This document shows positions 58,240 to 64,000 of a stretch of 64,000 nt of DNA, one piece after another. Position numbers and translations under genes: made by a program. Origin of the DNA: Elusimicrobiota bacterium (lineage in GTDB: Bacteria; Elusimicrobiota; Elusimicrobia; UBA1565); assembly GCA_043827405.1 (NCBI GenBank), contig JBDRPD010000025.1, positions 1-64,000 on the forward strand. The letters run 5' to 3'. Positions within the stretch are counted from its first letter, which is position 1. Each line of letters opens with the position of its first letter. Below the pieces are notes generated by a model. That model saw only the letters and a program-made list of their open reading frames with translations. It had not been told where the DNA came from and did no database searches.

Positions 58240-58677
58240 ATGCCCTTTACGCAAGTAAGCGATATCCTGGGAAGGACCCAGAAGTACCACCACCAGCTCG
58301 CGGTCTACTATCGCAAAATTCGGCGGACCACGGACCGGGAGCTGGTCCGGCTGCTGGCCGATGACCTATCAAAGCGGCAGCGCTTCCTCGGCCGCCAGCT
58401 GAAATTATTCCGCAAGCCGGTCAAGGATTCCTGGATGCAGTACGATCCCTCTTACGATCTCGAGCGGGTGATAAATGAGCTCGACCCTCGCAAGAAGCAG
58501 GAGCTGGAGGACCTGTTCGACGCCGGCATCGAGCTCAACCGCCGGCTCATCAAGTACTACTGCCGCGTGGCCGAGATCGCGCCGACCACGGAGATGAAGG
58601 AGCTGTTCAAAGCGCTGGAGCGCTACCAGCTTGAAGGCCAGCGGGCGCTCGCCAACTCAGTTCAGCAGGTCCAATAG
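58240..58677 (+). CDS. Hypothetical protein, ferritin-like four-helix bundle
   Basis: AAGGAGG SD and a twice-repeated ...YY.... helical pattern, KELFKAL. Confidence 0.6.
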   Translation: MPFTQVSDILGRTQKYHHQLAVYYRKIRRTTDRELVRLLADDLSKRQRFLGRQLKLFRKPVKDSWMQYDPSYDLERVINELDPRKKQELEDLFDAGIELNRRLIKYYCRVAEIAPTTEMKELFKALERYQLEGQRALANSVQQVQ

Positions 58678-58682
58678 CGCGC

Positions 58683-59450
58683 TCAGAAGTTGTCGTCGCA
58701 GGGAATGGAGATCTCGGCCTGCTGACCTTTGGCGCAGCTTACCCTGAAGCTCTTCTCCGGGAAGTGGCCCGAGCACATGGTCGCGTCCACCCGGCACTCT
58801 CCGCCGTCGGGGGCGGCGAAGCGCTGGTTGAAGGGAAACGAGCAGTTGGGCTTGAAGTCGAAGTAGTCGCGGCCGACCCGCACCCTGATATCCATCGACA
58901 TCCAGCCTTCGGCGCACTCGTCCCAGTCCGGCTTGATCAGAATGTCGCCGCGGGACTCCCCGGCACAGGGGACGTCGAAGCCGACTTCGAGGCCGTCGCT
59001 GCATTCAATTTCAAACCTTCTCTCGGGCGACCAGGTGGTGCACATGCCGGCCTTCACCTCGCACTCGCGTCCCTTCTTGGTGGTGAATTCCTCGTCGAAG
59101 CTGTGGCCGCAGCCGGGGTTGAAGTCGAAGACCTCGCCGTCTAAATCGACCTGAATATCCATGCTCATCCAGCCGTCGACGCAGGCCAGCCAGTCCGTCC
59201 GGAAGGTGACGTCGTCCGCTTCAATGACGCGGCGGGAGGAGAGCTTCTTGACGGCGGGAGCGCCTTGCAGTTTCTTCGCCGCCTGGGCGGACTTGCGCCC
59301 GAGCGACTTTACCGCGGCGTTGAGCTCTTTGACGGACTTGAGCTTCACCGGCGTCTTGAAAGACGTCTCGGTTTCGTCGGCGGCACCGGCGGCTCCGATT
59401 GACAGCACCAGCAGGAAGCCCGCATAAATCCATAGGCGAATATTTTTCAT
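58683..59450 (-). CDS. Secreted protein with two tandem 6-Cys repeats
   Basis: GGAGGTGGAG SD, signal peptide, and two DW..C.[DE]GWMSMDI.V......FDF.P.C repeats. Confidence 0.8.
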   Translation of the reverse strand: MKNIRLWIYAGFLLVLSIGAAGAADETETSFKTPVKLKSVKELNAAVKSLGRKSAQAAKKLQGAPAVKKLSSRRVIEADDVTFRTDWLACVDGWMSMDIQVDLDGEVFDFNPGCGHSFDEEFTTKKGRECEVKAGMCTTWSPERRFEIECSDGLEVGFDVPCAGESRGDILIKPDWDECAEGWMSMDIRVRVGRDYFDFKPNCSFPFNQRFAAPDGGECRVDATMCSGHFPEKSFRVSCAKGQQAEISIPCDDNF

Positions 59451-59618
59451 AGCTCCACCTCCGAACTGACAGTATAAGGGCAAGTCCCATTAAAGAAGCA
59501 GGACCGCGAGGCCCAGGGCGCGCTAGGCCGAAAGTCCTATGCCGCTTCCGGCAGAGTAATGTGATCGGCAAGCGGGGAAAGAAAAAGCAGGCGGCGATAG
59601 AGCCCGCCTCCACCGCCC

Positions 59619-59636
59619 CCTTGACTTGAGTCAAGG
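59619..59636. promoter_or_regulatory. CRP/FNR-family-like operator upstream of hcp
   Basis: Palindrome CCTTGACT-TG-AGTCAAGG (TTGAC-N4-GTCAA). Confidence 0.7.
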
Positions 59637-59693
59637 CCTACCCCTGCGTGATGGGCGACAATGGAGAACATAAATCATCCAGGAGGAACTGCA

Positions 59694-61307
59694 ATGAAGA
59701 TGTTCTGCAACCAGTGCGAACAGACGGTCCGCGGAAAGGGCTGCGACACCATAGGCGTCTGCGGAAAGACCCCCGAGAACTCCGGCATCATGGACGAGCT
59801 GATCCATACCTGCCACGAGATCTCCCAATACGCTTTTGCCGCCGGCAAGCTCGGCAAGACGGAGAAAAAAGTCGACGTATTTCTAGTGCAGGCCCTATTC
59901 ACGACCGTCACCAATGTCAACTTCGATCCCGACAACCTGCGCAACTGGACCGCTGAATCCCGCGCCATGCTGCAGCTCGCGAAGAATACATACGCTGCAG
60001 CGGCCGGCGATACTCAGCCGATCGTCCCGGCGGCCATCGAGACTTTCCCGGCCGAGGGAATTGAGAAGCACGGCCCCGACGTCGCCGGACTCCAGCAGAT
60101 GATCCTATACGGTCTTAAGGGAATGGCCGCTTATGCCGATCATGCCCGGGTCCTGGGCGTGGAGGATGCCTCGGTATACGCTTTCTTTCACGAAGCCCTG
60201 GCGTTTCTCGCCGCAGATCCCACCGATATTGACGCCCTCACCGGAATGTCGCTGCGGGTGGGAGAGGTCAACCTGCGCGTTATGGAAATGCTCGACCGCG
60301 CCAATACCGATACCTACGGCCATCCTGAACCGACCGCGGTCCGGATCACGCCGCTCAAGGGAAAGGCTATCCTGGTCTCGGGACATGATCTCAAAGACCT
60401 CGAGGTGCTGCTGAAGATTACCGCGGGGACCGGCGTCAACGTCTACACCCACGGCGAGATGCTTCCCGGCAACGCCTATCCCGGTCTCAAAAAGTATCCG
60501 CACCTGGCCGGCAATTTCGGCGGCGCCTGGCAGGACCAGCAGAAGGAATTCGCAACCTTCCCCGGCCCCATCCTGATGACGACCAACTGCATCCAGAAGC
60601 CGCGCGCGAGCTATATGGACCGCATTTACACCACCGGACTCGTGGCCTGGCCCGGAGTCCGGCACCTCGAGCATGCGCAGTTCGACGTTCTGATCGCGGC
60701 GGCGAAAAAAGAAGCCGGGTTCGCCGAAGACGCCCCCGAGAAGCGGATCACCATCGGCTTCGCCCGCAACGCCGTCATGGGCGCCGCGGAAAAGGTCGTG
60801 GCGGCGGTCAAGGCGGGAAAGCTGCGCCGCTTCTTCCTGATCGGCGGCTGCGACGCCGCCAAGCCGGGACGCAGCTATTACACCGAACTGGCCCAGGCCG
60901 TGCCGCAAGACTGCGCCATCCTGACTCTGGCCTGCGGCAAATACCGGTTCAATAAAATGGAGTTCGGCGATATCGACGGGATTCCGCGCCTGCTCGACGT
61001 CGGCCAATGCAATGACGCCCATTCCGCGATCCAGATCGCCCTGGCGCTGGCCAAGGCCTTCGATTGCGGGGTCAACGACCTGCCGCTATCCATGATCCTG
61101 AGCTGGTATGAGCAGAAGGCGGTATGCATCCTGCTGTCTTTGCTTCACCTGGGAATCAGGGGAATTCGGCTGGGGCCGACCTTGCCGGCCTTCGTGGGTC
61201 CGGAAGTCCTCAAGGTTCTATCCGAGAAATTCGACCTCAAGCCCATCACCACGGCGGAGCAGGATCTCAAGGACATCCTGCCGGAGAGGGAATTGGCAGC
61301 GGCCTAA
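59694..61307 (+). CDS. hcp: Hybrid cluster protein (hydroxylamine reductase)
   Basis: MFCNQCEQT..GC...GVCGK, GLKGMAAYA, YTHGEMLP, MTTNC, GQCNDA and SWYEQKA. ATG 59694 follows AGGAGG. Confidence 0.97.
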   Translation: MKMFCNQCEQTVRGKGCDTIGVCGKTPENSGIMDELIHTCHEISQYAFAAGKLGKTEKKVDVFLVQALFTTVTNVNFDPDNLRNWTAESRAMLQLAKNTYAAAAGDTQPIVPAAIETFPAEGIEKHGPDVAGLQQMILYGLKGMAAYADHARVLGVEDASVYAFFHEALAFLAADPTDIDALTGMSLRVGEVNLRVMEMLDRANTDTYGHPEPTAVRITPLKGKAILVSGHDLKDLEVLLKITAGTGVNVYTHGEMLPGNAYPGLKKYPHLAGNFGGAWQDQQKEFATFPGPILMTTNCIQKPRASYMDRIYTTGLVAWPGVRHLEHAQFDVLIAAAKKEAGFAEDAPEKRITIGFARNAVMGAAEKVVAAVKAGKLRRFFLIGGCDAAKPGRSYYTELAQAVPQDCAILTLACGKYRFNKMEFGDIDGIPRLLDVGQCNDAHSAIQIALALAKAFDCGVNDLPLSMILSWYEQKAVCILLSLLHLGIRGIRLGPTLPAFVGPEVLKVLSEKFDLKPITTAEQDLKDILPERELAAA

Positions 61308-61321
61308 TCCCGCTACGGCGC

Positions 61322-61367
61322 AAAAACAGCGGCGGCGGATGCCCAAGGCTCCGCCGCCGTTTGCTTT
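61322..61367. terminator. Bidirectional intrinsic terminator
   Basis: CGGCGGCGGA/TCCGCCGCCG stem with T-rich tails on both strands. Confidence 0.8.
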
Positions 61368-61498
61368 CCCGAGACAGAAAAAGAAGGTTTTTGGGGTACA
61401 AAATCAGAGGGCGTGACAACTGGCGCCGTTGGATATCGACCGTTGTCCCGCCCTCGAATCCGTTGCCGGACCCCTCGAAAGGGCACCTCCTCGGCAAC
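61322..61498 (-). ncRNA. Candidate structured small RNA (~177 nt)
   Basis: TTGACG-16nt-TATACT promoter (61532-61505), two long hairpins (61462-61498, 61407-61455) and a terminator. No credible ORF. Confidence 0.55.
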
Positions 61499-61597
61499 AA
61501 TATTAGTATAGCCCCAAAATTTATTTCGTCAAGGGGAAATTTCCAGAAAATTCCAAGTTTCGTATACTACCTCAGCCGCCGTTCCGGGAGGCGTAAT

Positions 61598-61891
61598 ATG
61601 CCGAGGAAGAAACGCTGCACCTACTACGAATACCGCCTGCTGGTCTCGCCCAAGCGGCGCGGCCGCAAGATGCCGGTCAACCTCGGGGAGAAGTTTCTCG
61701 ACGCCATCATCGCCAGCGCCGCCAAGCTCGAGCTCGAAGTCGTGGGCGGCTTCTACCCCCGGCCCACCCGGATCGACGGCAAGGGCAAGAGCGCCCTGCA
61801 GCGCCATCCCAATCCCACCCTCGTCCGCGCTGAGCCGAAAACCGCGACGAATAAGAAGAAGGATAGCGCCGCGGATTTGAGACTGTTTTAA
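61598..61891 (+). CDS. Small basic hypothetical protein
   Basis: TATACT at 61563, a GGGAGG SD and ATG 61598. EKFLDAII...LELEVVGG loosely recalls YggL/DUF469. Confidence 0.65.
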   Translation: MPRKKRCTYYEYRLLVSPKRRGRKMPVNLGEKFLDAIIASAAKLELEVVGGFYPRPTRIDGKGKSALQRHPNPTLVRAEPKTATNKKKDSAADLRLF

Positions 61892-61954
61892 GGCCCGTCC
61901 GGTATACTCAAGCAAGCCGTACTTGGCTATTTTCTATCTGCTCGGGAGGCCGTT

Positions 61955-62901
<947 letters not shown>

Positions 62902-62905
<4 letters not shown>

Positions 62906-63813
62906 AAGCAAAAAAGAAGAAGAGCGATAAATTTACCGACATTGTAGACGCCCTGTGCGCGGCGAGCTCGGACGCCGGCGAGCGCATGCGCCGGGGCCCC
63001 AACTCGAGCGGCCGCCCCCTGCCGTCGCGCAATACCGTCATCCGGATTGTCGACGACCTGCGCACCGTTTTCTTTCCGGGGTATTTCGGCTCCTCGCAGC
63101 TGCGCAGCGGAGACGAGAGCCTGCGCTATTATATCGGCTCCACCCTGAACCGTATCCGGGCCGAGCTCGACCCGCAGATTATGCGCGGCCTCTGCTTCGC
63201 CTGCGTCAAGCCGGCCGGCGCCTGCGCCCCCGGGCACTGCGGCCGCGAGGCGGAAAAAAAGACCGCCGCCTTCGTGGCGCGCCTGTCCGAGATCCGGCGC
63301 CTGCTGGCCACCGACGTCCAGGCTCACTATGAGGGCGACCCGGCCGCCACCAGCACCGACGAAGCCATCATCTGCTATCCCGGCATGCTGGCCATCACCA
63401 GCTACCGAATCGCGCATGAGCTGCACAAGCTGCGCGTACCGCTGATCCCGCGCGTGATCACCGAGCACGCGCATTCGCTCACCGGCATCGACATCCATCC
63501 CGGGGCGCGCATCGGCGAGCGCTTCTTTATCGACCACGGCACCGGCGTGGTCATCGGCGAGACCTGCGTTATCGGCGACGGCGTGCGCCTCTACCAGGGC
63601 GTCACCCTCGGCGCCAAGAGCTTCCCCAAGGATAAGAAAGGCAACCCCATCAAGGGCATCGCCCGGCACCCGATCGTCGAAGACGACGTGGTGATCTACT
63701 CAGGCGCCACCATCCTCGGCCGCGTAACCATCGGCAAGGGCTCGGTGATCGGCGGCAATGTCTGGCTCACCAAGGACGTCCCGCCGGGAAGCCGCGTCGC
63801 GCAGAAGGACTGA
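62902..63813 (+). CDS. cysE: Serine O-acetyltransferase (EpsC-type)
   Basis: [33 protein letters not shown] and RHP. Confidence 0.95.
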
Positions 63814-63823
63814 GGAGGAGCTT

Positions 63824-64000
63824 GTGCCAATAACTCGTCGCCGCTTTATTAAACTTGCCCTCTCCTCAGCAGCAGCGGGACTCGCTCCCGCAATCCCCAG
63901 CAGGCTGTGGGCCGCGGAGCCGACCCCCGCCGCCTACCCCGACCTAGTTGCGGTCCGCGACGGTTCGCCGGTGCGCATGTTTGAGACCGGCATCCAGGCA
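63824..64000 (+). CDS. Tat-exported protein, probably DUF362 family (3'-partial)
   Basis: GAGGAGGAG SD and GTG start. MPITRRRFIKL Tat signal, then PDLVAVRDGSPVRMFETGIQA. Confidence 0.65.
   Translation, partial: MPITRRRFIKLALSSAAAGLAPAIPSRLWAAEPTPAAYPDLVAVRDGSPVRMFETGIQA

Noticed and set aside
61267..61500. 77-aa minus-strand ORF over the sRNA candidate
   Set aside because: It runs through the terminator into hcp, starts upstream of the predicted TSS and is not protein-like.

Overview
High-GC bacterial chromosomal window. The gene content (many secreted hypotheticals, caspase/calpain/TPR proteins, ACIII plus caa3 oxidase) is reminiscent of free-living Elusimicrobiota, but that is inference only. 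Core blocks: hemL-hemB; cdaA-DHH-glgP-GT4; acnA; a complete alternative complex III (actA,B,C,DE,F) operon continuing into cyt c, SCO, an A2-type caa3 oxidase and heme O synthase; a metal-binding/YHS-polyferredoxin cluster; mscS; hcp; cysK-cysE. Accessory or unusual parts: (1) an acyl-CoA dehydrogenase-etfB-[EtfA::AbfD-like fusion]-FNR operon whose dehydratase-like domain keeps the Fe-S cysteines but appears to have replaced the known catalytic residues; (2) two tandem secreted calpain-type (C2) protease + cognate lipoprotein pairs with a duplicated upstream motif; (3) a promoter- and terminator-bounded, strongly structured ~177-nt RNA candidate downstream of hcp; (4) a decayed island integrated at the 5' half of tRNA-Ser(TGA), carrying an MNT-HEPN pair, with traces of an older sibling element; (5) an ORF6N cassette flanked by a 35-bp duplication of a host gene end; (6) a small twin-arginine ORF between actA and actB; (7) frequent leaderless promoters and two probable non-canonical start codons. 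No CRISPR array or rRNA was seen. Family assignments come from motif recognition, not database searches.
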